In this document: positions 10,914 through 20,707 of the stretch, piece by piece | How positions within the stretch are numbered: the first letter of the stretch is position 1 | Layout of the letters: each line of letters opens with the position of its first letter | Assembly: GCA_963818965.1 (NCBI GenBank) | Contig: CAWFUG010000010.1 | Coordinates: 1-64,000 of the forward strand | Reading direction: 5' to 3' | DNA from: an uncultured Verrucomicrobiae bacterium | Lineage (GTDB): Bacteria; Chlamydiota; Chlamydiia; Chlamydiales; Rhabdochlamydiaceae | DNA: 64,000 nucleotides | The notes under the pieces: generated by a model | Told to the model about the DNA's origin: nothing | Database searches by the model: none | What the model saw: only the letters and a program-made list of their open reading frames with translations | Made by a program: the position numbers and the translations under genes

Positions 10914-11570
10914 TTATGATACATCCAAACAGCGGAACAATTCGCGCATTTCTTCATCCCCTTCACGAGCGAGCACGGCGAGTTGTCCTTGCAAAGGAGC
11001 TCTCTCTCCCGAAAGAGCAATCCGGTTGCGCTCAGTCAATCCCAAACGGATCAAAGCAGCTTCTGCCATAACGACGCCATCGAACAACCCCTCGTCCAAC
11101 TGCCTCAATCGATCTAAAATCGAACCGCGGATATCGACACACTGCAGATCCCCTCGCAACTCTCGGACATTCTGTTCCCGACGTAGACTCGATGTTCCGA
11201 TTCTAGCGCCCTTGGCCAAAGACTGTAAAATCTCTCCCGCGCGCAATACAACGACATCGGAAGGATCTACCCCTTTTGTTAGCGCGACGATCTCAAGTCC
11301 CTGAGGTGGAGGTTCTGGTAAGTCCTTGGCAGAGTGCACCGCAATACGGCATTCTCCTCTCAACTGAAGTGCATCGATCTCTTTTGTAAAAAAATCGGTC
11401 TTCTCCAGACTCCTCAGAGAGGTCTTTAAGTCTTTGTCCCCTGTCGTCTCGACCCAAATCGGCACAAAGATGACCTCAGGATAAAAAGCGTTTAACGCCT
11501 CTTGAACCTCTTTCACCTGAGCTCTAGACAATGCAGAGCCTCGCGCTCCTACTTTAATTGATAAGCGCAC
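10914..11570 (-). CDS. hemC: Hydroxymethylbilane synthase (short chlamydial-type form)
   Basis: GARGSALSRAQ, TTGDK, FTKEID, AVHSAKDLP, IGTSSLRR. Confidence 0.93.
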   Translation of the reverse strand: MRLSIKVGARGSALSRAQVKEVQEALNAFYPEVIFVPIWVETTGDKDLKTSLRSLEKTDFFTKEIDALQLRGECRIAVHSAKDLPEPPPQGLEIVALTKGVDPSDVVVLRAGEILQSLAKGARIGTSSLRREQNVRELRGDLQCVDIRGSILDRLRQLDEGLFDGVVMAEAALIRLGLTERNRIALSGERAPLQGQLAVLAREGDEEMRELFRCLDVS

Positions 11571-12924
11571 GGATCGCCTCTTCTACCATCTCAATCCCCA
11601 CCAGTTTAATCTTTTCAGTGAGACTGGGGGAAATTCCCTTCAGGTTGCGTTTGGGAAGCAGACACCTCTGAAATCCCATATGGATCGCTTCCCGAATCCG
11701 ATTCTCAATGCGCGGAACACCGCGCACTTCGCCCCCTAATCCTACCTCGCCGACCACCACAGTTTCCGGATCGATCGATTTATTGCAATAAGAAGATGCG
11801 ATCGCTAGCATCACACCTAAATCGATCGCAGGCTCAGAGATTTTCATCCCTCCCGCTACAGAGACGAAGACGTCGCAATTATGCAATTGATATCCCATCC
11901 GCTTTTCCAAAACAGCTAAAAGAAGAGCGAGGCGATTTTGATCTAAGCCCGTCGACTTGCGCGTCGAGGTCGAAAAAGAGGAGGAAGCGACCAGCGCCTG
12001 AACTTCGATGAGAAGCGCGCGTGTTCCCTCGGTCGTCGGAATGATCACCGACCCAGGGATCTGCTTCATCCGCTCTTCTAAAAAAATTACGGAAGGATTG
12101 CTAACCTCTGAAAGCCCATTACTGCCCATCTGAAAGAGAGCGATATCATCGGTCGGTCCGAATCGATTCTTCACAGAACGGAGCATCCGGTATCCGTGTT
12201 GCCGATCCCCTTCAAAATCGAGCACCGTGTCTACAATATGTTCCAGAACACGAGGCCCTGCGATCTCGCCTGATTTTGTGACATGCCCGATCAAAAAAGT
12301 GGCGATACCGAGTCCTTTGGCCAGATGCATGAATTCCGTCGCGAGCTCCCTTACCTGGCTGACAGAGCCTGGTCCAGAAGGCAATTCGCTTTTATAGATA
12401 ATCTGAATCGAATCGACGATCATCACGTCGGGATTGAGTCGCTCGATCTGTAGTTTGATCTGAGAAAAAAGAGTCTCACTCAGGAGAAAAAGGCGTTCAT
12501 TGGCAACCCCTAAGCGATTAGCACGCAACGAAGTCTGCTCGACCGATTCTTCGCCACAGACATACAGAACGATCAGCCCTTGAGCCGCCAAATTCTCCGC
12601 TAGTTGCAGCATCAGAGTCGATTTACCGATTCCCGGATCCCCTCCGATGAGGCTCAAAGACCCTGAAACGATGCCTCCACCCAATAAGCGGTCAAACTCA
12701 GATAATCCCGTCGAAATCCTACGGAATTCGGTGATGCTCACCTCTTTGACGCGCATCGGCTGTGCAGCTCCCCTTCCCGGCGCTTCAAATCGCTTGTGCT
12801 TCTCCTCGATCTCGAGCTCTTCAGCAAACGTGTTCCACTTCTGACAAACGGAACAACTCCCCGTCCATTTCGCTTGCTTATGACCGCATTCCGTACATCC
12901 CCATAGCACTTTTTGCTTAGCCAT
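11554..12924 (-). CDS. radA: DNA repair protein RadA/Sms
   Basis: C4 zinc finger, GDPGIGKSTL, KNRFG, Lon-like C-terminus. Confidence 0.98.
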   Translation of the reverse strand: MAKQKVLWGCTECGHKQAKWTGSCSVCQKWNTFAEELEIEEKHKRFEAPGRGAAQPMRVKEVSITEFRRISTGLSEFDRLLGGGIVSGSLSLIGGDPGIGKSTLMLQLAENLAAQGLIVLYVCGEESVEQTSLRANRLGVANERLFLLSETLFSQIKLQIERLNPDVMIVDSIQIIYKSELPSGPGSVSQVRELATEFMHLAKGLGIATFLIGHVTKSGEIAGPRVLEHIVDTVLDFEGDRQHGYRMLRSVKNRFGPTDDIALFQMGSNGLSEVSNPSVIFLEERMKQIPGSVIIPTTEGTRALLIEVQALVASSSFSTSTRKSTGLDQNRLALLLAVLEKRMGYQLHNCDVFVSVAGGMKISEPAIDLGVMLAIASSYCNKSIDPETVVVGEVGLGGEVRGVPRIENRIREAIHMGFQRCLLPKRNLKGISPSLTEKIKLVGIEMVEEAIRALIN

Positions 12925-12940
12925 CGTGAGCCTTTATTCA

Positions 12941-13122
12941 GAGGTTATTTTCGAGGATCGATATATATCGATCCTCGAAAATAACCAGCATTTCAGCTGC
13001 GTCAAAGCCGCCGAGATTCGACGATCGTAAGTTGGGTTGTATTGCATTATACTACCCAACTTACGATCGTCGATCTCGGCGCTTTCACGCGCTGAAATAC
13101 AGGTTATTTTCGAGGATCGTAA
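12941..13122. mobile_element. Palindromic MITE-like element (about 12964-13122) plus adjoining terminal remnant of a second copy (12943-12965)
   Basis: tatatcgatcctcgaaaataacc...ggttattttcgaggatcgta; core gctgcgtcaaagc/gctttcacgcgc; central gtattgcattatac; overlaps rnc 3' end. Confidence 0.75.
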
Positions 13123-13825
13123 TCCCCAAACGCTTCAAGGCATCTTCTGCCGCTGTCTGTTCCGCTTCCTTCTTGGAAGCCCCCGTTCCCTCTCCCGCCT
13201 CAGCCTCTCCAATCGCGACGGCGACCTGAAAGACTTTGCTATGGTCTGGTCCCATCTCTTTGATGATTTTATAAATCGGCGGTTTTTGGTATTTTTTCTG
13301 AGAATAGTCTTGCAATTCTGCTTTCCAATTGCGCAACGGCTCCTTCAAATAATCCTGAATCTTATTTTCAAAGTGCCTCAGCAGGAATTTGCGTGCGGCC
13401 TCTATTCCCCCATCCAAATAGATCGCTCCGATCAGAGCTTCGAAAAGATCTGCCAAAATCGTCTCTCGCCCGCGTCCATCGTTCATCCGCTCGCCTCGCC
13501 CCAACAAAATGAATTGAGCGATATCGAGCTGATTGAGCAGTGTGGCACAAGTGCTCGCATCGACCAAGTGTGAGCGCAAACTCGAAAGATGCCCTTCCGG
13601 CTCTTGCGGGAGCTGGATATAGAGATATTCTGAAATCAATATCCCCAAGACAGAGTCCCCTAAGAACTCCAATCGCTCATTGTGATGCTCCACGACCTCT
13701 CGATGCTCATTATAAAAAGAGCGATGGACAAATGCGATGGCAAGGAGTTGCCTATCTTGGAAAATATAACAAAGCCGCTCCTCGATGGAGCTTGCGTGTA
13801 AAATCAACTGTTGAAAAGGGTTCAT
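13085..13825 (-). CDS. rnc: Ribonuclease III
   Basis: NERLEFLGDSVL, ADLFEALIGAIYLD, dsRBD with GASKKEAEQ. Confidence 0.98.
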   Translation of the reverse strand: MNPFQQLILHASSIEERLCYIFQDRQLLAIAFVHRSFYNEHREVVEHHNERLEFLGDSVLGILISEYLYIQLPQEPEGHLSSLRSHLVDASTCATLLNQLDIAQFILLGRGERMNDGRGRETILADLFEALIGAIYLDGGIEAARKFLLRHFENKIQDYLKEPLRNWKAELQDYSQKKYQKPPIYKIIKEMGPDHSKVFQVAVAIGEAEAGEGTGASKKEAEQTAAEDALKRLGITILENNLYFSA

Positions 13826-13985
13826 AATCTACTATTTTTACCTAAAAGCCCAGTAAACAGCAAGCGCGCGAAGCACTAAAAAATAAATTTACACATTTTG
13901 CCATTTGTAAAAAACTCGAAAGGGCTCTATGATCGCCTATTCACATCTGAGAAAGCCCAAACCTAAGAACCTATTCAAGTAAAGT

Positions 13986-14669
13986 ATGCATTTCGCAATC
14001 AACTCCGACCACAAATCTTTTTTTCAAAAAAATCAATTCATTGAATTTGAAGAAATCTTCAGCTTAGAGCAACTCCACTCTCTGAAAAACACCATCGAAT
14101 TGACACTCCGTAAACGGATGCAGATGTCCTCCTCTCAGCTTAAGGCCACAACTGGGATCGATCTCTTCCGAGAAGGCTATGATTTATGGCGAGATAGTGA
14201 AAGTTTTCGAAAAATGACGCAAAAGCAAACCCTTTTAAATGTGGCAGCTGAGCTGTTTGACAAGTGGGAATTGCGCATCGCCTTCGACCAATACTTCTCA
14301 ACAGCAGGCTCGCAACGCTCCCCCCTAGAAAAGTCGTTTTCCCTACAGGAGATCTCTAGCTTAAAACCTCTGGCCGGCGCCTTCCTCATCCAGCTTAAAA
14401 GTTTAGAAGAGCCATTCGAAGCCTTTCCCCTTCCTCTCAAAGCGGGAAATGTCCTCTTTTTTTCCCCTGAACTCACTATCCCCTGGCCCCAACTATTTGG
14501 AACACCAGGTCTTTGCTTTCAAATCGTCGTCTTTGCTGAAGAGAAGACCATCTTCCAACATGGGACAATAGATCCTTATGCCCCTCAACTGAAAAAGCTC
14601 GGCTACGCCTTCGGCGACCATCTCCAAAATTCGCTCCATCCCCTAATATTAAGACGCAATCCAGCTTAG
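13986..14669 (+). CDS. Conserved chlamydial hypothetical protein (CT296-like position)
   Basis: 227-aa ORF divergent from rnc; FIEFEEIF and DLWR segments; family assignment is recollection, not a search result. Confidence 0.55.
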   Translation: MHFAINSDHKSFFQKNQFIEFEEIFSLEQLHSLKNTIELTLRKRMQMSSSQLKATTGIDLFREGYDLWRDSESFRKMTQKQTLLNVAAELFDKWELRIAFDQYFSTAGSQRSPLEKSFSLQEISSLKPLAGAFLIQLKSLEEPFEAFPLPLKAGNVLFFSPELTIPWPQLFGTPGLCFQIVVFAEEKTIFQHGTIDPYAPQLKKLGYAFGDHLQNSLHPLILRRNPA

Positions 14670-14802
14670 AGATTGTAGACAGACTCTTAGAACCTCCAGA
14701 AAATAAAATATTAAATTAAAATTAGTTTTACATTTCTTTTTTAATGAATTTATTATATAATTTAATTAAAGCTCAAGCTTTTATAAAACCAGGAATAAAA
14801 TT

Positions 14803-15801
14803 ATGCATTCTATACTTCCTCGCTCGATAAAAACTCCCTTCCCCCCTGAGTATGCGCTTCCCGTGCTGCTCGAAACGGGACATCTCCCCGCGATCTCTGA
14901 TCAACGCGCTTTAAGACTTGTCAACAAACAGTGGTGCGATCTAACCACAAAGACGATCGAATTCATGGATACGATTCGAGTAGGAACCGTTCGAGAATTT
15001 TTAATGATTTTTCAAAAGCAATTAGATGGAAATTTCCATGCAGAGGAAATTACACAGATTACAGCTTTGGGTCAAACCCTAGAAGAACGACGGGATAATC
15101 AGCCTCTCTTTGGACCCAGATGGCATGAGGCCATTATTGAAACCACCTTAAAAATTTCACTCAGTGCACTCGGAAAGACTCCATTCCGTTTCGCTGAGTT
15201 CAATATCGCTCCACATAGAGAAACTATACCCCGCCCGGTCAGGAATTGCGAATTTGAGCTGCGTGAAAGCTCCCGCGATTCCACGATCGAAAAGGGGGCC
15301 AGTATTGAGGAAATACAGGCCCCCTTTTCGATCGTGGAATCCCGGGGCTTTGACGCGCTCAAATTCGCAATTCCTGACCGGGCGGGGTATAGATTAATAA
15401 GAATTCCGATTTTCCCTCATCACTTATCTTGTCCTCAATCAGAATTCAAGAAAGTCTATTCCCAAATATGGAACGTAGCGACAGCGCCTGCAGATACTCT
15501 TTCTGAAATAAGTTTCCACACTATAGATAAATTAGAAGCCCTTGCCACAATAGGACATTTCAGAATCGCTCGAGTTGCAGTGCAGAGTTTTTTAGTAAGA
15601 CATAGAGAAAAACACGCTTCGTTAAATACTTTTTCCCTTGAAAAACGCCTCCTCATGACCATATCCTATCAAATGCATTCTAAAGGCGATGCCCAAGGAG
15701 CGCGTCAGATCCTTCTCAACTTCAACGCAATGCTCGCTGAGCAAGAAGAGTATCTCCGAAACGCTTACATTCCTTTGAAGCATTTCGATTCTCTTGCCTA
15801 G
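14803..15801 (+). CDS. Hypothetical protein with F-box-like N-terminus and an in-frame palindromic insertion
   Basis: AT-rich upstream region, AGGA RBS; FPPEYALPVL...LRLVNKQW resembles an F-box; 55 codons derive from the palindrome. Confidence 0.7.
   Translation: MHSILPRSIKTPFPPEYALPVLLETGHLPAISDQRALRLVNKQWCDLTTKTIEFMDTIRVGTVREFLMIFQKQLDGNFHAEEITQITALGQTLEERRDNQPLFGPRWHEAIIETTLKISLSALGKTPFRFAEFNIAPHRETIPRPVRNCEFELRESSRDSTIEKGASIEEIQAPFSIVESRGFDALKFAIPDRAGYRLIRIPIFPHHLSCPQSEFKKVYSQIWNVATAPADTLSEISFHTIDKLEALATIGHFRIARVAVQSFLVRHREKHASLNTFSLEKRLLMTISYQMHSKGDAQGARQILLNFNAMLAEQEEYLRNAYIPLKHFDSLA
15224..15392. mobile_element. 169-bp palindromic MITE/RPE-like element within a CDS
   Basis: ctataccccgcccggtcaggaattgcgaatttgagc...gctcaaattcgcaattcctgaccgggcggggtatag; same terminal family as 33738-33815. 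Confidence 0.88.
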
Positions 15802-15808
15802 GGCACAC

Positions 15809-17170
15809 TCAGTGCATTGAAACACTGCACTCCAGCGCCACCTCTTTTGCCAGTTGGATGCAGTGATCGACACTGACGCCGATGAGATAGTTTCCAACGA
15901 GGTGGCACCAAGGCATCTTTTCTCGACATAGCTGTCTTACAGCATGCATTTTTTCCAAATGACCGACCCTGTACTGAGGAATCGCTTCAGCAGCGCGCTT
16001 GAACGAGATCTCTTTGGGAAGAGCTGAAACACCTAATTGACGGCGGATCCCCTCTTGCGCCGCCTGTCGGTAAAATGCTTCCTCCTTTCCCGTCTCCTTC
16101 AATAAAATCGTGAGACGAGTTTCTTCCTCTCTCCGATTGTTTTTGGGAAAGAGGGAAGAATCGAAGATGCACCCCAAGACATCTTCCCGTTCAGAGGAAG
16201 GGATGAGATAACCAAAACCCTCTTGATTTAAGACCTTGGCATCATAGCCGCAATTGACGACGGTTAGCCCCACACAGGGCACTTGAGAGAGTTCTTTAGA
16301 GACAGAAGGGATGAACTTTTCCAATAAAGCCCCCGTGACGTGAACCGGTAAAGCACATAAGAGTATATCGGCAAAAAAGATCCCGCGATCCGTCGTGACC
16401 TTCACTTCTCCCCCTTCATAATCGATCGCCTTGACCTCTTGGCCATAATGGATTTGAGCTGGGATTTGATAGAGAAGCGATTGAGTGAGCATCTCCATTC
16501 CCCCGCGCAAAGAAAACAGTGCAGAAAGAGGAAGATCAGGAATTTCCGCTGAGAAGGGAGAGCGTTTTTTCTTCTCACGCGCGGTTTGAAAAAATCCCTT
16601 TGTGACAGATCCTGCTTGTTCTTCCCACTCTTTTAATTTAGGAAAACAAGCCTTGATCGAGATCTGCCTTGGATCTCCGCCGAAGATTCCGACCACCATT
16701 GGATCGAATAAAAGGCGCGCCACATCTCCATTAAAACGGCGCGCGACGAATTCCCAAACGCTCTCATCCCCTTTTTTGGCTGGTTTTCGCCATTCTGAAA
16801 GCAGTGCTGGGATTACCCCCTTAGTGATCGGAGAGAAGAAAAGGGAAAGAGGGTGTCTGGGCAAACGGTGGAGTTTTTGATCAGACCAGATGTAACGATC
16901 GGATGCTTCGGGAGAAGAACAGTGTATTTCTGCTTGCAAACCCAGCTCCTTGATCAATTGAATCAGAGCCGGCGACCGATCCACCTTAAAACTGCGCGGC
17001 CCCTTCTCAAAATGAAAACCAGTTGTTTGGTCCGTATCCATCCACCCACCGACTCGGTCCGTTTTCTCTACAATTGCAATCTCCAAAGGAAGTGAGGAGC
17101 GGCCTAAATACCAAGCCGCAGAAAGACCTGAGATCCCTCCTCCCAAAATAAGCACGCGTTTCTTTTGCAT
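15809..17170 (-). CDS. hemG: Protoporphyrinogen oxidase (HemY-type flavoprotein)
   Basis: GGGISGLSAA, FEKGPRSF, GFGYLIP, AIPQYRVGH. Confidence 0.95.
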   Translation of the reverse strand: MQKKRVLILGGGISGLSAAWYLGRSSLPLEIAIVEKTDRVGGWMDTDQTTGFHFEKGPRSFKVDRSPALIQLIKELGLQAEIHCSSPEASDRYIWSDQKLHRLPRHPLSLFFSPITKGVIPALLSEWRKPAKKGDESVWEFVARRFNGDVARLLFDPMVVGIFGGDPRQISIKACFPKLKEWEEQAGSVTKGFFQTAREKKKRSPFSAEIPDLPLSALFSLRGGMEMLTQSLLYQIPAQIHYGQEVKAIDYEGGEVKVTTDRGIFFADILLCALPVHVTGALLEKFIPSVSKELSQVPCVGLTVVNCGYDAKVLNQEGFGYLIPSSEREDVLGCIFDSSLFPKNNRREEETRLTILLKETGKEEAFYRQAAQEGIRRQLGVSALPKEISFKRAAEAIPQYRVGHLEKMHAVRQLCREKMPWCHLVGNYLIGVSVDHCIQLAKEVALECSVSMH

Positions 17171-17221
17171 GATTTACTGCCCTCAGATTATAGTCAGAGT
17201 AAAAAAAATTCTAAGGCAGCC

Positions 17222-18016
17222 GTGGATAAAATAAAAGAGCGGATCATCCCCTACCTCCAGAACCTGCGAGAGACAATTCTCGCAGCATTCGAGTCGTTCG
17301 AGCCTTCTCATCGCTTTGTGCGCACTCCTTGGAACTACCAAAAAGGATACGGCGGGGGGGAGATGGCAGTATTGCGCGGAGCAGTGTTTGAAAAAGCTGC
17401 CGTCAATTGGTCGGGCGTAGGGGGCGATCACTTCCCTATGGCCGATGGAACAGGCTCTTTTTTTGCGACAGGGGTCAGTTTGATCACCCACATGCACAAC
17501 CCCCATGCACCCACAGTCCATTTTAATATCCGCTTTATCGAAACAGAAAAACGGTTCTGGTTCGGTGGCGGTTACGATCTCACTCCTATGGGGCCTTCCT
17601 ATGCAGAAGACACCGCCCATTTTCATAAAATCGCCCAAGAAGCGCTCGATCCCTTTGGAGAAGAGCTCTATCCACAATTCTCCCAAAATGCAAAAGAGTA
17701 CTTCTTCATTCCGCATCGCCACAAAGAACGCGGCGTCGGCGGGCTCTTTTTCGATCACTACAATACGGGGGATTTCGAGCACGACTTTGCCCTATGGAAA
17801 CAGGTGGGAGATACCTTCCTCGAGGCAGTGCTCCCGCTCTATAAAAACCGCGTAGAAACGCCCTTTACAGAAGAAGAGAAGGATTTACAGTTACAGCTGC
17901 GCGCCCACTACGTCGAATTCAATTTGCTCTATGACCGAGGCACGAAATTTGGCTTTCAATCAGGCGGCAATCCCGAAGCGATCCTCTGTTCGATGCCACC
18001 GCTTGCTAAATGGTAA
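17222..18016 (+). CDS. hemF: Oxygen-dependent coproporphyrinogen III oxidase (start uncertain; GTG 17222 used)
   Basis: VFEKAAVN, NPHAPTVHFN, WFGGGYDLTP, RGVGGLFFD, YVEFNLLYDRGTKFG. Confidence 0.96.
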   Translation: MDKIKERIIPYLQNLRETILAAFESFEPSHRFVRTPWNYQKGYGGGEMAVLRGAVFEKAAVNWSGVGGDHFPMADGTGSFFATGVSLITHMHNPHAPTVHFNIRFIETEKRFWFGGGYDLTPMGPSYAEDTAHFHKIAQEALDPFGEELYPQFSQNAKEYFFIPHRHKERGVGGLFFDHYNTGDFEHDFALWKQVGDTFLEAVLPLYKNRVETPFTEEEKDLQLQLRAHYVEFNLLYDRGTKFGFQSGGNPEAILCSMPPLAKW

Positions 18017-18036
18017 ATTGTTTTTTAAACTTAAGC

Positions 18037-18054
18037 ATACCGAACGTGACTCAA
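18037..18054. repeat. Terminal remnant of the 26006-type palindromic element
   Basis: ataccgaacgtgactcaa identical to 26007-26024. Confidence 0.6.
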
Positions 18055-18175
18055 AAAATTCCCTCCAATACATTATAAATATTTATTTATTTGATTTTTA
18101 AATTAAAAAAATGTAACATAATACTTGTCAGATAACAAACTTTTCAACTTTAAATAAAAACAACTAGGTGACCAT

Positions 18176-19624
18176 ATGAGTACTATACCAAACCAATCTT
18201 GTGCCTTTTCTGCCCCTTCCCTACCAGGAGGATGGCTCTTTCGAGATAATCTATTGCCCGCTTCAGAAAACGCGCAAATCAGCTGCGTTCTAGTAAAAGG
18301 AAATAGAATTTTCACAGGCTCGCAAACAGGAGACGTGTGTATCTGGGATGCTCAGACAAAACAAGTCATCCAGCGCTGGCCACAAGCCCTCTCTGGGTCT
18401 ATTACACAATTAAAGGTTTCAGGAGAGAGCCTCTCTGCGCAAGATGATACAGGGTGTTTAAGAATATTCAATACAACAGCGCCCTCTGCTGATCCACTGA
18501 AGATCGAAAAAGTTAAACAGGTTGCCTTCCAGGGAAACCTCGTGCTCTATCAACTACAGCAAACACAAAAAATTGAGATGTTCAAAACAAACCAGGTCTT
18601 TACGACATCTCTTTTTCTTCCTGAAATGACTGCATGGAATGTGGGACAGGGAGAGGAGCTCTACGTCGGGCTAGAGGAAGAGGGAAAGAGTAAGCTGCGC
18701 ACTTATTCCCTTGAAAGTGAACAGATAGTCTCTGAAACTGAGCTTAACGATTGGGATACTTCACGTGCAGTGATTAAAGAGACTTTCAGAAAAGATCAGG
18801 ACACGACTTCACTCAACATGAAGAAGATCACAAAAATCGAGACAGATAATCGATGGATCTATTTATACCGATCCGATGAATCTTACAACCCGTTTAAGTT
18901 GATCCAAATCGTCGATCCTCAAACACATCAGTTGGTGAGTTGGGTAGACCTCCCCTCTCGATTCCCTTCATTTAGCCATCAGGGACGTCTTTTTTTCATT
19001 CGCCATCCTATTGTCATCCGCGAAGGTTCTGAAAAAATAATTTACCAAGCGCCGGTAGTTTTTTCCGTAATTTGCCATGCAGGTTCTTATGAAAAATATA
19101 TCGATATGCCTTGTTTCGAACACTCTGCTCCGTTTATCGACATAAATACCTACACAGATTGGCACGGAAATGACCAACAGATCGTGCGTCTGAATCAAGC
19201 GACTCATACCATAGAGAGCTTTGAATATGACTTTCGCTTCCAAAGTTTCTGTTCCCCTGAAGAACTCGATAATGCCATGCTGAAAATGAGGATGATGACA
19301 GACTGTTTATCAGAAGGAGCTGATAATGCAGAGGCGATTTCTCTCGCCCTGACCCTGCACCCGCATTTTCTTGAAATATTCGGAGTTTATTCGTCGTCTC
19401 TGTCTCATATAGCCACTCTCCCGTATCTCTTCAACGCAATGTATATCGAGCAACTATTCCACGCTCTCGATGAGCGCGATACGCAAAGACAGCAAGTGCT
19501 CATCCAAAGATTAAAGCCAATCTGCCCGCAGCTGAACTCCTCTATGAGTGTACGCGAGATGACAGAATCTCTACTGGCTGTGCGAGAAGAGCTAAAAGCT
19601 GGCCGTCTGAAATCAACCCCCTAG
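18176..19624 (+). CDS. Hypothetical protein with WD40-like N-terminal region
   Basis: 482-aa ORF; IFTGSQTGDVCIWD; helical C-terminus. Confidence 0.7.
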   Translation: MSTIPNQSCAFSAPSLPGGWLFRDNLLPASENAQISCVLVKGNRIFTGSQTGDVCIWDAQTKQVIQRWPQALSGSITQLKVSGESLSAQDDTGCLRIFNTTAPSADPLKIEKVKQVAFQGNLVLYQLQQTQKIEMFKTNQVFTTSLFLPEMTAWNVGQGEELYVGLEEEGKSKLRTYSLESEQIVSETELNDWDTSRAVIKETFRKDQDTTSLNMKKITKIETDNRWIYLYRSDESYNPFKLIQIVDPQTHQLVSWVDLPSRFPSFSHQGRLFFIRHPIVIREGSEKIIYQAPVVFSVICHAGSYEKYIDMPCFEHSAPFIDINTYTDWHGNDQQIVRLNQATHTIESFEYDFRFQSFCSPEELDNAMLKMRMMTDCLSEGADNAEAISLALTLHPHFLEIFGVYSSSLSHIATLPYLFNAMYIEQLFHALDERDTQRQQVLIQRLKPICPQLNSSMSVREMTESLLAVREELKAGRLKSTP

Positions 19625-19637
19625 AGGGATGTACTTT

Positions 19638-19675
19638 TTTCCATTCGAGATCGATTGGGGTCTCGAATGGGAATT
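19638..19675. terminator. Hairpin between convergent genes (probable terminator)
   Basis: ttccattcgaga...tctcgaatgggaa. Confidence 0.5.
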
Positions 19676-19701
19676 CGAGCCCTTTTTGATTCACTCGTCG
19701 C

Positions 19702-20706
19702 CTAAGACTTCACTGCCGCGACAAAAGCCTGTACATTTTCCAAAGGAATATCAGGAGTCACGCCGTGACCCAGATTGACGATGACCCCTCGAGCACCGTC
19801 TAGAGAAGAGAGCAGAGACTGGACTCCCGCTGTAATCTCTTGGGGAGAACTCTTGAGGAACGTAGGTTCGAAATTGCCTTGAATGGCAATTGCTTCAGGC
19901 ACCTTTTTTCTCAATTCAGCCATCGAGAGATGCCAATCGAAACTGATGCCAGTAGGTTTTAAGCGAGAAAGACTCTCATAACGGATGCTAGAGGACCGAC
20001 AAAAGAGAATGACGGGTGTCCCTGAGATGCCATCGAGAAGTCTTTTGAGATAGGGAAGACAGTATTCAGCAAATTCTGCATCGTCCAAGATATTAGCCCA
20101 AGAGTCGAAGATTTGGATCACATCTACCCCCGTGCGGACTTGCTCTTTGAGATATTCGAGGGTCACTTGCGTGATCTTGTCTAGAAGCAGATGAAAACTC
20201 TCCGGATCGCGAGCGATCCACTCTTTGGTATGCTGAAAAGCATGCCGGCTCGTCGAGTCGATCAAGTAACTGGCCACCGTAAAGGGTCCCCCACAAAAAC
20301 CGATGAGAGGAACGGAAATTCTCTGTTTGACAAGCGCAATCGATTCAAACACGAAAGAAAGCGTCTCTTTAACAGGCAATAAAGGCAGCTCTATCACTTG
20401 TTCTTTTGTTCGCAGCGGCGGAAAGAGCTGAGGCCCCATCCCCTCTGGGAATTCTAATCGGAACCCTAAGGCTTCAGCGATCACTAAAATATCTGAAAAC
20501 AAAATGGCTGCATCGACGCCGAGTAGTTGCAGCGGGAGATCTGTAATCTGAGCTGCGAGCTCTGGATGATGAAACATCTCCCAGAGCGTATGTCGTGCCC
20601 TCAGCGCACGGTATTGGGGCATGTAGCGCCCCGCTTGGCGCATCAACCACACGGGGGGTCTTGGGACATCCTCACAGCGCAGTGCTTTTAGGAGTAGATC
20701 GTTCAT
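19702..20706 (-). CDS. hemE: Uroporphyrinogen decarboxylase
   Basis: PVWLMRQAGRYMPQY, DAAILFSDIL, QIFDSWA, NLGHGV. Confidence 0.98.
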   Translation of the reverse strand: MNDLLLKALRCEDVPRPPVWLMRQAGRYMPQYRALRARHTLWEMFHHPELAAQITDLPLQLLGVDAAILFSDILVIAEALGFRLEFPEGMGPQLFPPLRTKEQVIELPLLPVKETLSFVFESIALVKQRISVPLIGFCGGPFTVASYLIDSTSRHAFQHTKEWIARDPESFHLLLDKITQVTLEYLKEQVRTGVDVIQIFDSWANILDDAEFAEYCLPYLKRLLDGISGTPVILFCRSSSIRYESLSRLKPTGISFDWHLSMAELRKKVPEAIAIQGNFEPTFLKSSPQEITAGVQSLLSSLDGARGVIVNLGHGVTPDIPLENVQAFVAAVKS

Positions 20707-20707
20707 A

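Noticed and set aside
10914..11570. Short HemC as a pseudogene
   Set aside because: Core motifs and the frame are intact, and chlamydial HemC proteins are short as far as I recall.
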